From NCBI GenBank assembly GCA_963663475.2, contig CAXXJV010000001.1:1920001-1984000 (forward strand): 64,000 nucleotides of DNA. Direction: 5' to 3'. Shown here piece after piece: positions 1 through 10,555 of the stretch. The translations under genes and the position numbers were made by a program. Every line of letters starts with the position of its first letter. The first letter of the stretch is position 1. The DNA is from Candidatus Cloacimonadales bacterium. Lineage in GTDB: Bacteria > Cloacimonadota > Cloacimonadia > Cloacimonadales > JAFGVF01. The notes beneath the pieces are model-generated. The model saw only the letters and a list, made by a program, of their open reading frames with translations. It did no database searches and was not told where the DNA came from.

Positions 1-910
1 TAGCACGAGTACGTAATGGTTCTACAGGTAAAAGTATGAATGGCTTTTATTTATCAAATATAACATCTTTGAATGATAATGGTAAATATTATTCAATACT
101 TACAATATGTAGCCAATTATACAGCAATATCATCGAAGACGATAGGATAAATGATATAACTAACCATAGCAATAACAAAGGAATTTATTTCTGACAGAGG
201 GTATGAAAGTAGAAAAATAATCACTATATTATCTAATGATGAAAGCAATTAGATACTTAGAAGTACAGGAAGAGGAAGTTTAATCGTGGATGAAGTTGAA
301 AAACCTTTTACAGATGTTACAAAAACAATAAAGAGAAAACCCAAGTTTAAAACTTACAAAAATAAGATTTACATGTGTGGAGTAAAAAGGGTTAAAATTA
401 GAACAAATCCTCATAAAACTAAAAAGCCAGATACAGTAGAGATTCATCTAGTAGTTGCCCGATATGGTAAGAAAGGAGGCTAATTCTATTTACTATGTAA
501 CTTCAATACTAAAGACTTAACAGACTATGAGATAATTGAAAAAGCATTGAGAGGATATGGATACAGATGGAAAATTGAAGAGTTTCATAGACATGTAAAA
601 CAAGAGTTTAACTGGGGAAATATCCAGTTAATGAGTTATGTAGGATTAAAAAATTTAAATACAATCCTGATGGTCGCAGTTGATATAATATACTCTGCTA
701 TAAAATATATAGATGAACTCTTATATTTATACTCAGAATTTGGAAATTTGAAAACAACAGACATATAAACATGTATATTATAAGCTTAGTAGAGTCATAA
801 AACATATATTTAGTAATACAAAACTGAACAAGATTATACCCTGCAAAGGTGAATGTCATGACAAGTTGCAACTTAGAGTCAAGTTCTCATAAAAAAATGA
901 GGTATGCCAA
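1..910 (+). pseudogene. Degenerate IS4-superfamily (DDE) transposase remnant with its right end
   Basis: Fragments 286-483 and 547-768 (YRWKIEEFHRHVKQ matches the IS4 Y-2-R-3-E-6-K motif) are broken by stops. The element ends at AAAAAAATGAGGTATGCCAA, which recurs inverted at ~28300. Confidence 0.75.
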
Positions 911-1033
911 AAATAAATATATTGACAAGAAAAATTGTGCTATGCATTTTTGAAATGTAGTATTTATTAATATAATTTCGTAACCACACAATACTCAATT
1001 ATGAGTATATTAGTTTTATTAATAAAAAACAAT

Positions 1034-1138
1034 AGGAGAGAAAATGAAAAAGGGAATAATGTATCTTCAGGTGTATATTTTTATAAACTAATATTTAATG
1101 ATAGTATTTATACAAAAAAATTACTAATGCTTAAATAA
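1034..1138 (+). pseudogene. Collapsed T9SS-CTD gene: RBS and ATG joined out of frame to the last ~30 codons of a sorting domain
   Basis: AGGAG at 1034 and ATG at 1044; the overlapping frame reads NEKGNNVSSGVYFYKLIFNDSIYTKKLLMLK*. Confidence 0.7.
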
Positions 1139-1145
1139 ACAAGTA

Positions 1146-1175
1146 TGGGTGTGTCATAATATTATGACACACCCA
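1146..1175. repeat. Perfect 30-bp palindrome TGGGTGTGTCATAAT-ATTATGACACACCCA
   Basis: Read directly; lies just upstream of the RBS of the 1195 gene. Confidence 0.9.
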
Positions 1176-1194
1176 CCAGAAGAAGGAGAAAACT

Positions 1195-2295
1195 ATGAAA
1201 AAAAATATTGTACTAATTATATTTTCCCTCTCAATGAATTTTCTTTTAGCGAAGTCAATAGCAAATTTTCCAATAGTTGAACTAACTGATGTTGAAAAAG
1301 AAGCCTATCGAGAAATGGTAAGAAGTAACCCAGATGAAAATTCTTTTTTCCCTCTACAAACAGGAAATTATTGGAATATTTTTAATACGTTAGACTTCTA
1401 TCCTGAAGTATCATACACTAGAACTGAGTATAGAGTTACTGATGAGATGGAATTCAATGGGCACAGAGTGTTTAAATTAGAAGCAGGGTGGACCGTATTA
1501 GAAAATCAAGATGATCAAACGGGTGAAGATAATTTCTATCATATTGGGTGGTTTACAGAAATTGATGATATATTGTATTATTGTGATGTTGATAGTTTGT
1601 TTTCTGTTGTCAGCGACAATGGATTTGTAGTTGGAGAAGATTTTACAGTTGAATTAGGTGATGGAGAGGGTATTCTACCTGGCAATCAATTACATATAAT
1701 CTATAGTGACTTCTGGGAATTAGAATGGTGCCTTGAGCAAGATCCTGATATGACATACGAAGAAGTTGCTTATTATCTGTGGGCTGGAGAAGTTCTTAAT
1801 AGTGGATTTATTGATATTTTTGGACAAATAACTGAATACAAGACTATATATTATACTGCTGAAGGTTCTGTAGATTTGAATCATGTTATTGTCTGGGCAA
1901 GAGGAATTGGTATGATCCAAAATTATAACTATGAAGGTGCTTCTGCCTTATTGGATGGATGTGTAATAAATGGTATAAGCTATGGTATTGTGTCTAATGA
2001 AAATGCAGAAGTTACTGTTCCAGAAATTACTGCGAATAACTATCCAAATCCTTTTAATCCAGAGACTACTATCGAATTTTATAATCCAAGAGCAGGAAAA
2101 GTAGCCATTAATATTTATAATGTTAAAGGACAATTAGTTAAATCACTTCTAAATCAGAAGATGGAACAGGGCTTAAACAGTGTAGTATGGGATGGTAGTG
2201 ATACTAATAATAATCCAATAGCTAGTGGAATCTATTTCTATAAATTAGAAACTGATACAAAAACTATAACCAAGAAAATGATATTAATGAAATAG
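1195..2295 (+). CDS. Secreted protein with C-terminal T9SS type A / FlgD-Ig sorting domain
   Basis: N-terminal signal peptide; FFPLQTGNYW; C-terminal NYPNPFNPETTI...ASGIYFYKL...KMILMK; AAGGAG RBS. Confidence 0.9.
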   Translation: MKKNIVLIIFSLSMNFLLAKSIANFPIVELTDVEKEAYREMVRSNPDENSFFPLQTGNYWNIFNTLDFYPEVSYTRTEYRVTDEMEFNGHRVFKLEAGWTVLENQDDQTGEDNFYHIGWFTEIDDILYYCDVDSLFSVVSDNGFVVGEDFTVELGDGEGILPGNQLHIIYSDFWELEWCLEQDPDMTYEEVAYYLWAGEVLNSGFIDIFGQITEYKTIYYTAEGSVDLNHVIVWARGIGMIQNYNYEGASALLDGCVINGISYGIVSNENAEVTVPEITANNYPNPFNPETTIEFYNPRAGKVAINIYNVKGQLVKSLLNQKMEQGLNSVVWDGSDTNNNPIASGIYFYKLETDTKTITKKMILMK

Positions 2296-2317
2296 TATCA
2301 TAAATAAAAAAATATAA

Positions 2318-2341
2318 GAGCTCTACTTAAAAGTAGAGCTC
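2318..2341 (+). terminator. Hairpin GAGCTCTACT-TAAA-AGTAGAGCTC, probable intrinsic terminator
   Basis: 10-bp perfect stem about 20 nt after the stop codon; weak U tract. Confidence 0.55.
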
Positions 2342-2719
2342 AACTTTAATACAACGGATTTAAAGTACTATTAAAACTCATCCTGTTTTCATATCACGTT
2401 ATTTCTTTTGCTACAAAGATATCTTTATATAGATCATTTTTGATGTTGATAAAATATAGTTCTAAATAAAGACATTGGCAATCAAAAAAACAATATTATT
2501 TAGTTCTGCGAATGAAAGGATAGGTAATTATGTTAATGATAAGGATTATACGTGAGATAAATATCTTGAAAAACTAACAAATAAGGAAAGTTTGAAAGTA
2601 ATTTTTCTAATATAATAATACAACTAGTAATCCTAGATTTTTTCAATATGTTATCTCTTCTGATACAAATAATAAGAACAAGTTTGTAAAATTAGTTGTT
2701 AATGAATTTCAAAAGGAAT

Positions 2720-3601
2720 CTATACTATCTCTGTAGTAGTCCTACACCTCCAATGAAACGGAGGGAAAGGTGAATAATTTCCAGAGACTCCAATTGGATT
2801 ACCAGTTGAGTCTCTTTTTATTTGCTTATCTGAAACCCAGGGAGCTATCTCCTTAGTCATTTCTCTAACTGATTCTAGTGAGTGTTTGTTTGCATTTATA
2901 TTTATATTTAACAGCTCATTCATAGTATCGATTGCTGTATCAACTGGATATACTTTGTCCTGGGCTGAAAGAGCTCTACATATCTCTGAAGTCCTATCAT
3001 CTAATATCACTACAAGCCTATAACCTGTAGCTCCTGCTTTATGATATCCTTCTAATCTACCAAATTCTCGTATTCTAAGGGCTGTATGCTCAGCTAGACC
3101 TTTCCAGTAGTGTTGATTCTTCTCTCCAAGGGATTTAAACTCTTCCTTTAGCTTATTAGCCAACATCTCTTTGGTAAATCCAGATGCTACTGATTCTTTA
3201 AGTGTATCTTTAAACTTAGTCTCGATATCTGTGCCATACTTATTTCCAATCCAGAAGAGATTTTGCTTGGTGATCAGAGACTCTAATTTGTTTTCTCTGA
3301 TTCCATAGATTCCTATTTTAGTATTGTGTGGTATCTGCTTCTGCGAATCTTTAAGACCTAGCAGGAGATTTCTTTTAATGAAAGCCTTCGTATCGGTGCG
3401 TAGAAGCGATGAAAAGTCTTCGCCGAGGTTTGATGCTATTATGGTTAGAATATCGTCTATATGGCTCTTATTTAGTCTCTCATGCTTTGGAATATCAGTT
3501 AGCATCTGAAGAGCTTGTTTGGCTGAATCTTTGATTTCCTTGATCCAGGAGTTGTTTAATACTTGGTAGTACTGATAGATTAGCTTGTCAAAATATGTCA
3601 A
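2720..3601 (-). CDS. Phage head morphogenesis protein (Mu gpF / SPP1 gp7 family)
   Basis: LDDRTSEICRAL and C-terminal PPFHWRCRT motifs. Confidence 0.85.
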   Translation of the reverse strand: MTYFDKLIYQYYQVLNNSWIKEIKDSAKQALQMLTDIPKHERLNKSHIDDILTIIASNLGEDFSSLLRTDTKAFIKRNLLLGLKDSQKQIPHNTKIGIYGIRENKLESLITKQNLFWIGNKYGTDIETKFKDTLKESVASGFTKEMLANKLKEEFKSLGEKNQHYWKGLAEHTALRIREFGRLEGYHKAGATGYRLVVILDDRTSEICRALSAQDKVYPVDTAIDTMNELLNININANKHSLESVREMTKEIAPWVSDKQIKRDSTGNPIGVSGNYSPFPPFHWRCRTTTEIV

Positions 3602-3614
3602 AAGGAAAAACTCC

Positions 3615-5141
3615 TTACTCTGACTCTGGATTTTCCTGATCGTATTCTGGGAATCTCTCTAAACAGCCAGCTAAGGCATCAGGACCATCTACATAACCAT
3701 CTGGATAGGTTAAATACTGGTTTATAAGAGTTGGAGTATCCTGACCATCAGGGAATTGTACTTTACCTGTTTCAATGGTTGTATCAGTTCTCTCAATTCT
3801 AAGATTCTTATTCTTGTCATTGTTGATTCTTCTGATTCTGTGTGATATAGGATGGCGATTGTTATCTCTACACCATAAATCAAAGTCAGCTAATATTCTA
3901 TGTTGTCCAAAGTTAGTCTCTATTGCAGATCTAAATCGGACTCCATACTTCCTGGATAGCTCAGAGTAGGCATCATAGTAGTAACTAAAGAACTTGCTGT
4001 TCTCAGTCTGCCTAATCCAGACATGGATAACATAAAATTTATTGCCATCATAACCTATGGAGATAATAGCCTTGTAGCATCCTTTTTCTCCCCAGGCTGG
4101 ATCAGCATACATCCAGACTCTTTTAAATCTTTTGGGAAGAGTAGTATATTTGATGAACCAGTGGAACTTAAACATATTTCCTTCAATTACTGGTCTGCCT
4201 AAAAACTCTCTTTGATATCCTGTTAAACCAAACTTCTTCTTTAGTTTAGGCAGTTCTTCAGTCGGATATTGCTTTTCCCAGACACTATTTCCATCTTGAT
4301 TTTCAAGTGGGAACCTTAAAAGCCTTTTTTCTAAAGCATAAAGATGTTGAACTGTATCTGGATTAAACTCATTGGTTTCTAACTTTAACTCATCTATGAT
4401 GTCTTGTTGAAATTGACAGATAGCATAATTAGGATGCACTAGATTACCAAGCCAGATAATCTTACCATCACTAGCAGGATCTAAAGCTCCTCCAATCTCT
4501 TGGATAATCTTATCCATCTTCTTTTTACCAATAGATTGATTACCAATGTTTTCTTCTTTATCAATATCATCACAGATAACAAGTCCTGGTCGAGTTGATG
4601 TTCTGGGGTTGATAGAGCCTCTAAAAGATTGTTTAATACCTCTAGCTCTGATTCTGCATTTATTCTGAAGATAAAAATCAGATTCATCTCTATCAACAGG
4701 CATAATTCCATCAAAATCAAGTTGCAGTCTTTTATTCTGAGTTAACTCATTGTAAGTAAAGGCTGTTCTCTCTTCTGCTAAATCTGCATCAGCTGCAGTG
4801 TGAATAATATATCTCTCACCCTTAATGATTTTCCAGATAGGGTAGACAACTCCCATAAGAACGGTCTTGCCGAGTCCTCTAAAGCCTGTAATAGATGTTA
4901 CTCCATTATACTTCTCAGTAATCTCAAACATTTCCTTGTGAGCATCAGCAAATTCAAGCTTGAAGATATGAGGAAAATAACTTACACAAAAATAAGAGAA
5001 GGCTGACCAGCCATCACTGGTAGCCTTCTTTATTCTTTGCTTCTGTTTATTAGGTGTATCATTTTGGAAGGGCTTTACACTGGAGGTTTTAGAAGCAATG
5101 TCCGAAAAGTTCTTATAGTCTTTTTGAGTTATTCTAACCAC
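3615..5141 (-). CDS. Phage terminase large subunit
   Basis: Walker A variant FRGLGKT, Walker B LVICDDID, nuclease YADPA and DGPDALA motifs. Confidence 0.9.
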   Translation of the reverse strand: MVRITQKDYKNFSDIASKTSSVKPFQNDTPNKQKQRIKKATSDGWSAFSYFCVSYFPHIFKLEFADAHKEMFEITEKYNGVTSITGFRGLGKTVLMGVVYPIWKIIKGERYIIHTAADADLAEERTAFTYNELTQNKRLQLDFDGIMPVDRDESDFYLQNKCRIRARGIKQSFRGSINPRTSTRPGLVICDDIDKEENIGNQSIGKKKMDKIIQEIGGALDPASDGKIIWLGNLVHPNYAICQFQQDIIDELKLETNEFNPDTVQHLYALEKRLLRFPLENQDGNSVWEKQYPTEELPKLKKKFGLTGYQREFLGRPVIEGNMFKFHWFIKYTTLPKRFKRVWMYADPAWGEKGCYKAIISIGYDGNKFYVIHVWIRQTENSKFFSYYYDAYSELSRKYGVRFRSAIETNFGQHRILADFDLWCRDNNRHPISHRIRRINNDKNKNLRIERTDTTIETGKVQFPDGQDTPTLINQYLTYPDGYVDGPDALAGCLERFPEYDQENPESE

Positions 5142-5595
5142 TGCTTGCCCTTTTTCTAAAGTATTCTACTATACCAGTTTCTCCTAAAATCTCTTTTTGG
5201 ATTGCTCTGGCTATTTCGTCATTATTTGAGCTTAAGAAGAAGTCTATTAACCAATCTAAGAACTTCTTCATATGTTCAATGAAGTCCTTGGTTGGCTCGA
5301 AGTCTATCTTATACTGTCTAAGTAATGATACCAAAGATTGAAGAGCAGTGTCTTGTGGAGCTCTTGCATACTCTCTAAGAGCTTTAATTAAAGCCTTCTT
5401 AAGTGCTATCTTAATTTCATCTTCAAGAGTTGCAATTTGATCATACTCAGTTTCCCAGTTGTCTTTCTTGATCCAGTTTCTAACTGTCTTTTCGGCAACA
5501 TCATAAATCTTAGCAAGAGCCACTGCATTAGTTTCTCCTTTAAGATATAGTTTCTTAGCTGATTGTCGTTTGATTTTATATTCTCTTGAATTCAT
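5134..5595 (-). CDS. Putative terminase small subunit (N-terminal HTH)
   Basis: AKKLYLKG...LAKIYDVAEKTVRNWIKKDNW HTH; overlaps the terL start. Confidence 0.65.
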   Translation of the reverse strand: MNSREYKIKRQSAKKLYLKGETNAVALAKIYDVAEKTVRNWIKKDNWETEYDQIATLEDEIKIALKKALIKALREYARAPQDTALQSLVSLLRQYKIDFEPTKDFIEHMKKFLDWLIDFFLSSNNDEIARAIQKEILGETGIVEYFRKRASSG

Positions 5596-5959
5596 AAGAT
5601 TGTAAGACCTTAATTAAAGTTCCTTTTTCATTTTTGGTTAGATATTTGATTCCTGATTTATTAAATTTCTGGGCTATAAAATCATACAACTGCTTTCTAG
5701 ACCAGTTTGAAGATTTATAAAGAGCCCATATTTTCTTTCCTTGAGGATCTAGATTCTCATAAGTATAGTTCTTTTTGCCTCTGAGAATTAGATTAAGATT
5801 AATGAGAGAAGGCAGATTGAGCTTTCTTAAGGAGGTTCCGAATCCTAAAGTTTGCATTTGGGAATGTAGTTCATCAATAGTTATTCGGAGATCATTTTTT
5901 GCGAAAATAACTATGATTTTTCTCAAACGTTTTGCTAACTCAATCTGCCTGTCTGTCAT
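5576..5959 (-). CDS. Mu GemA/gp16-like (DUF1018-like) regulatory protein
   Basis: SLRKL...QGKKIWALY...LYDFI...LTKNEKGTLIKVL resembles GemA; typical position. Confidence 0.55.
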   Translation of the reverse strand: MTDRQIELAKRLRKIIVIFAKNDLRITIDELHSQMQTLGFGTSLRKLNLPSLINLNLILRGKKNYTYENLDPQGKKIWALYKSSNWSRKQLYDFIAQKFNKSGIKYLTKNEKGTLIKVLQSYEFKRI

Positions 5960-5961
5960 AT

Positions 5962-6195
5962 CTATTCATTAAGAGGATCTACTTTGTGATCTTCTAGGTA
6001 TTTATTAATCTCTTTACCATGAACCCTTAACTGCCCATTAGTCTTTAATCTAAAGGCGGGTAGTGGATCATCTATATCACGTATAAGTCTATAGACTGTA
6101 CTAATATCAACATTTAATATTTCTGCTACATTAACAGGTGTGTAGCATCTGCTTTCATTAAAAACTTGTACCATATTTATATCTCCTAAATCCAT
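5962..6195 (-). CDS. Excisionase-like HTH DNA-binding protein
   Basis: YTPVNVAEILNVDISTVYRLI...LPAFRL, MerR-like HTH_17 pattern. Confidence 0.8.
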   Translation of the reverse strand: MDLGDINMVQVFNESRCYTPVNVAEILNVDISTVYRLIRDIDDPLPAFRLKTNGQLRVHGKEINKYLEDHKVDPLNE

Positions 6196-6304
6196 ATAAA
6201 CAAGCTAGTGGATATCGTCAAACCTCGATGCCTACATTTACCACAGAAAATTAGCAAAGAGAAAAGCTCCCAATTTTAGGAGTTATCAAAAGCTTAGACT
6301 TTCT

Positions 6305-7405
6305 CTACAAAGCACTAAAGTTAAGTGAGATAAGTCTAAATGGCTTATCTTTATCAGGTCTCTCATAAAAAGCAATATATTGCTTGGTTGAGGTAACTTG
6401 AATTGCCTCATCAATTAAATCCATAGCTTGTTGCCATTGTTTATCTTTGATGTTATAGCGTCTAAGTCCTAAGATTCTACTCTTAGCAATTTCCCCTTTT
6501 TTATCAACCTGGAATGCCTCTTTAATCACTGCTTGAAGATTTATATTTGAATCTTCACTCCACCGCTTTAAACACCCATCAATCTTCTGTTTGGCAATTT
6601 GAAGTTTCTCACTAAATTCGATTCGCTCTCTTTGCCTGACTTCAATCTTATACTTCCCATCAAATGATAATAACTCAGCATTGCCTTTCCATTCTTCTCC
6701 GTATTTTTGAGCAGTTTGGTTTAAATACTTATCAATATCATCTACCATTTTAATTTTCTCTGATTCAATTCTATCATGAAGTCTTGAAGCTTTTCCCATA
6801 AGACGATTAACAATAGTATCTCGTTTCACTATTTCAGGATCGAGTATTTTAGCTGGGTATTCTCTTCCACTGGCATCAACAAGAATTTTCTCTTTTCTTC
6901 CCATTATTACTCCTTCTTTAAACTCAGATTCTTTACTCTTGAGTTTGCGTAAGATATTACTGTCGAACTTACTACCTATTAGAAGTAAATCGACATCTTT
7001 TATGACTTTGTATTTTCCATTAACTAAATCTACCATACCGATTGAGCATAGAGCTACTAAGTATCTAGTAACTTTTCTTCGATCACCATCAAGGATTTCT
7101 GATAACTGCCTTACACTAGTATAGTTACCAGTCTTGACTTTCCGTAGCATAGATTTTAGAAATTTGATTTCGAAATTATAATTGTTGGTAGGGTTCTCCT
7201 CAACATAGTTAATATTCTTAATGTAAATTGAGAACTTACCCTTCTTGGATATTGGTTTTATTAATTCTTGGTTGCTCATTTTATTTAGCACTTTGATGGA
7301 CTGCTGTAAGGTCAAACCAGTTTCACTGGCAACAAGGTCGCCAGTGAAGGGTTTTCCATAATACTCTATAAAGTTTCTTACCTTTTTAAAATTGGATATT
7401 TCCAT
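6305..7405 (-). CDS. Tandem winged-HTH region in frame with a DUF3164-family Mu early protein (probable internal start at 6904)
   Basis: C-terminal 199 aa GNAELLSFDGKYKIEV...AFQVDKKG...WQQAMDLI...YIAFYER...ISLNFSAL; AAGGAG before ATG 6904. Confidence 0.8.
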   Translation of the reverse strand: MEISNFKKVRNFIEYYGKPFTGDLVASETGLTLQQSIKVLNKMSNQELIKPISKKGKFSIYIKNINYVEENPTNNYNFEIKFLKSMLRKVKTGNYTSVRQLSEILDGDRRKVTRYLVALCSIGMVDLVNGKYKVIKDVDLLLIGSKFDSNILRKLKSKESEFKEGVIMGRKEKILVDASGREYPAKILDPEIVKRDTIVNRLMGKASRLHDRIESEKIKMVDDIDKYLNQTAQKYGEEWKGNAELLSFDGKYKIEVRQRERIEFSEKLQIAKQKIDGCLKRWSEDSNINLQAVIKEAFQVDKKGEIAKSRILGLRRYNIKDKQWQQAMDLIDEAIQVTSTKQYIAFYERPDKDKPFRLISLNFSAL

Positions 7406-7415
7406 AAATTACCTA

Positions 7416-8129
7416 CTATATTGTGCCTAGATGCTCAGGTTTTATATGTGTTAGATCTTGTGACTCAGCAAGGTTTTCTAAGGAGTATAAAGACTTAATA
7501 AATTTCCTAATGTTACCCTTGGTCTTCCTGGCTATGAATTGAATAACAGTGTCATCAACTTTTACCTCACATACCTCTTTACATAGGAGGATTAAATCAT
7601 CTATTTCTAAAGGTTTAAATTGGCAGAAGAAGTTGCATCTATCAAAATAATGAGCATCAGCAGATAAGAGACTCTCTTTAGCATCTGACATTCCTACAAG
7701 AACTACTATTGATAGTGTTTGATCAACAATATCACGAATACTGCCTAAAATCTTTTTATTCTTAAAGGCATAATCTATCTCATCTATTACTATGACGGTA
7801 TTCTCAAAGTTACTAAGGATATCTACACAACGTTGGAAAATATCATTAGCTGTTCCTCTAACACCAATTTTTGGCATACCGAAGTGATAATAAATACGCT
7901 CTAATAATCTACCAGCAAAGCTCTTAGCTGTCATAGTAGCTTCGAGTCTAAAGTAGATATAATCATTTTGGATAGCTGATTGACGGGCAAATCTACTTTT
8001 ACCAAGTCCTGGAGGTCCATAGATAAGTCCTAAACCAACCATTTCAGTTTTAGGTCTTTTAATCAAATAATCAAATAAATCGTAGGCTCTAATTACATTC
8101 TTTGTTTTTACTAAGGTATATTCTCGCAT
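7416..8129 (-). CDS. MuB-like AAA+ transposition ATPase
   Basis: GPPGLGKS, IVIDEID, VVLVGM; directly downstream of the transposase. Confidence 0.9.
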   Translation of the reverse strand: MREYTLVKTKNVIRAYDLFDYLIKRPKTEMVGLGLIYGPPGLGKSRFARQSAIQNDYIYFRLEATMTAKSFAGRLLERIYYHFGMPKIGVRGTANDIFQRCVDILSNFENTVIVIDEIDYAFKNKKILGSIRDIVDQTLSIVVLVGMSDAKESLLSADAHYFDRCNFFCQFKPLEIDDLILLCKEVCEVKVDDTVIQFIARKTKGNIRKFIKSLYSLENLAESQDLTHIKPEHLGTI

Positions 8130-8137
8130 ATTATCTC

Positions 8138-10147
8138 CTATTCTATACCTATCTGTTTAAGCATTTTATCAAGATTCTCTAAACCTCTTTCTTCAATTGA
8201 TTTTGGAGGTTGAACTTGTTTTGATTTTGAAATTAAACGAGCTGTGCTTTCAGCCATTTTATCAAATTCTACATTTGGATTTTTTATTACATCATGTTTT
8301 AATAGCTTTGATTTATTAAAAGCTCCCTTGCTTATTTGTAGAATTGGTAACTCAAATTCCGAGATAGCTTCCTGAACTTGTTTTTGAATAATAGCTGATT
8401 TATCTTTAACATCCTTTTCAAGCTGTCTTTGGTAAGCTAGTTGTTTAAGCCATTTCTTTTTAACTAAAGGCTCATCTTCAACTAGTTTAACAAATGGATG
8501 GACACTTTTCCTTGGTAAAGCTTGGCAGATTAATTTACCTTTCTTATCATAAACTAGAACTGACCTCATATCCATCAAATCATATTTTAAAGATACTGTT
8601 TGCCCTACGTACTTGACTAAATAATCATGGTAGTAAACAATACTAAACAATTGAACTCCATTAGCTCGAACTTTTCTCTCATCAACTTTTAACATTAAGA
8701 AATTGAGTTCCGAAGCGTCTATTCTTCTTTCTTCTGGGACTACACTTGCTCTAAAAACCTCAAGAGGAGTTTTACCAGCAAGACCACCATGAGGTGTTTT
8801 CCCATACATCTCTTGAAAGTAATATGACATCATATCTTTAGTTTCTTGAATAGTAACGGGCTCTCTCTTCTTAAGCTTTTTAATCCACTTCTCATTACGC
8901 ATATGGAAGGCAGGCTTATCAGAGATGTCAGAACCTCTAAAGGTATCCATAAAACGTTCAAAGTCTTCCTGGAATGTCTTGAAGAACCTTTCCACAACTT
9001 TTGCTCTTGCATTATAAGCTTTAGCAAATTCAGCTTTGATATTAAGTCTTGGAAATACTCCACAGAATTCATCTTCTAAATTATGTTCATTCCATTTTTG
9101 ATGAAACAGCTTTGATTTAAAGGCTCTTCCGTTATCAAGATAAACGAATTTAGGTCTGCCGTTCCAGTGAAGTATACCATTTCTCAATGCCATAAGGATG
9201 TGTTCTGAATCTTCAGTATTAGCTATTGATGCTCCAACTGGATATCTACTAGCCCAATCGAAGAATAGGATTAACATCATACGTTTAGGTCTTCCTGTAT
9301 CAGGATCAATGATATCAAAAGCAAGTTTATGACCATCAGCCACCCATACATCACCAACACTAAGGTTATTAGCTCTGCTTAGACTTAAGATGTTATTGTC
9401 TTTTAAAAATTTCTCACCCATTCTGAGTAGATTCCATTGTTGTATGTTATTATCTCTCCACTCTTCACACCAGCGTCTTAGTGCTCTGCTACTAGTAGGT
9501 GATTTAATTGCTCCTAGTCTATCAAACTGTTTTAGCTTTCTGATGGCAGTTCCAATCTTAATCCTATTGGCATCTAATAAGATTCCTAATAAGAAGTTTT
9601 GCTCCTGAATAGTAGCTCTTTTTTGAGTAGATGCTTTTGAGAGACGAGTCAGAACCTTGAAGTCTCTATCATTATCTTCATAATCCTTAAGCCACATACG
9701 AACTGCTCTTTCAGTTCTTGAACCCTCCAATTTATATAACCTTGGTAGAAGCATACCTGAGTTGTAGGCTTCTAAAACTAAACGAATAGCACGTATCTTG
9801 ACTTTTGATCTCTTGTACTCTTCGAGAATCTTATCACATAACTCAGCTTTCAACTGTGCTCGTATAAGTTCTTTCTCTGGTACTGTTATCGGTGGGACTA
9901 AATCTTGGATAGACTCATCATATTCCACGATTTCAGCTTTGATAGCCTTAGAGATATTCTCTTTAGGCTTGTCTTCAGTTGAAGGTAATATAGATTTTGG
10001 AACTAAATAATATCTTTTAGTTCCACCTCTGTCTAAAGGCTTATCAATGAAAGACCATTCTTCTGATTTAGCTTTTCTATAAGCACTAGCTCTTCCAAGA
10101 GAGAGTATTTTCTGAATTTCAATAATTGTAAGTTCAGTATATTCCAT
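8138..10147 (-). CDS. MuA-like DDE transposase
   Basis: N-terminal Mu DNA-binding domain; WVADGH, YLDNGRAF, KVVERFF catalytic motifs; Mu C-terminal domain (VSLKYDLMDMRSVLVYD). Start placed at the ATG after GAGGTG. Confidence 0.92.
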   Translation of the reverse strand: MEYTELTIIEIQKILSLGRASAYRKAKSEEWSFIDKPLDRGGTKRYYLVPKSILPSTEDKPKENISKAIKAEIVEYDESIQDLVPPITVPEKELIRAQLKAELCDKILEEYKRSKVKIRAIRLVLEAYNSGMLLPRLYKLEGSRTERAVRMWLKDYEDNDRDFKVLTRLSKASTQKRATIQEQNFLLGILLDANRIKIGTAIRKLKQFDRLGAIKSPTSSRALRRWCEEWRDNNIQQWNLLRMGEKFLKDNNILSLSRANNLSVGDVWVADGHKLAFDIIDPDTGRPKRMMLILFFDWASRYPVGASIANTEDSEHILMALRNGILHWNGRPKFVYLDNGRAFKSKLFHQKWNEHNLEDEFCGVFPRLNIKAEFAKAYNARAKVVERFFKTFQEDFERFMDTFRGSDISDKPAFHMRNEKWIKKLKKREPVTIQETKDMMSYYFQEMYGKTPHGGLAGKTPLEVFRASVVPEERRIDASELNFLMLKVDERKVRANGVQLFSIVYYHDYLVKYVGQTVSLKYDLMDMRSVLVYDKKGKLICQALPRKSVHPFVKLVEDEPLVKKKWLKQLAYQRQLEKDVKDKSAIIQKQVQEAISEFELPILQISKGAFNKSKLLKHDVIKNPNVEFDKMAESTARLISKSKQVQPPKSIEERGLENLDKMLKQIGIE

Positions 10148-10218
10148 ACTCACCTCTTTTCGCAACTCTTGTAGTTTTTATTAGTGTGCTTGCGATAGAT
10201 TTTGCTAACTTCACGAAG

Positions 10219-10392
10219 TTATGGTTGGAGGATTTCTAAAAATTCATCTGCTTTTCTTAAGAATCTTCCTTCATTAATAAAATAATCTAACGTTCTTCTG
10301 GAGACGGATAATTGTTCAGCTATTGCTTTAATAGTGAGACTTTTAAGTGTCATAGCTGCTCTTATTTCAGCAGGATGATACGGTGATCTCAT
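10219..10392 (-). CDS. Ner/Cro-like HTH regulator (57 aa, not in the ORF track)
   Basis: AGGAGG RBS; MRSPYHPAEIRAAMTLKSLTIKAIAEQLSVSRRTL resembles Ner; divergent from the repressor. The stop may be premature. Confidence 0.75.
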   Translation of the reverse strand: MRSPYHPAEIRAAMTLKSLTIKAIAEQLSVSRRTLDYFINEGRFLRKADEFLEILQP

Positions 10393-10412
10393 CCGAACCT
10401 CCTAAATTTTTA

Positions 10413-10525
10413 TTGACATTGTTCGCAATGTTGCAAATAATGACTACTGAATCTATAAAGCTAAAAAATGCGAAACAAGTCAAGGAAAATATTCCATCAA
10501 TCGCATAAATGTGCAACAATGCGAA
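10413..10525. promoter_or_regulatory. Lysis/lysogeny switch region with an inverted 14-bp candidate operator pair
   Basis: TTCGCAATGTTGCA (10422-10435) and TGCAACAATGCGAA (10512-10525) are 13/14 reverse complements, between divergent ner and repressor. Confidence 0.55.
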
Positions 10526-10555
10526 ATAGAACTCAACCTCAAAATAGGAGATCAA

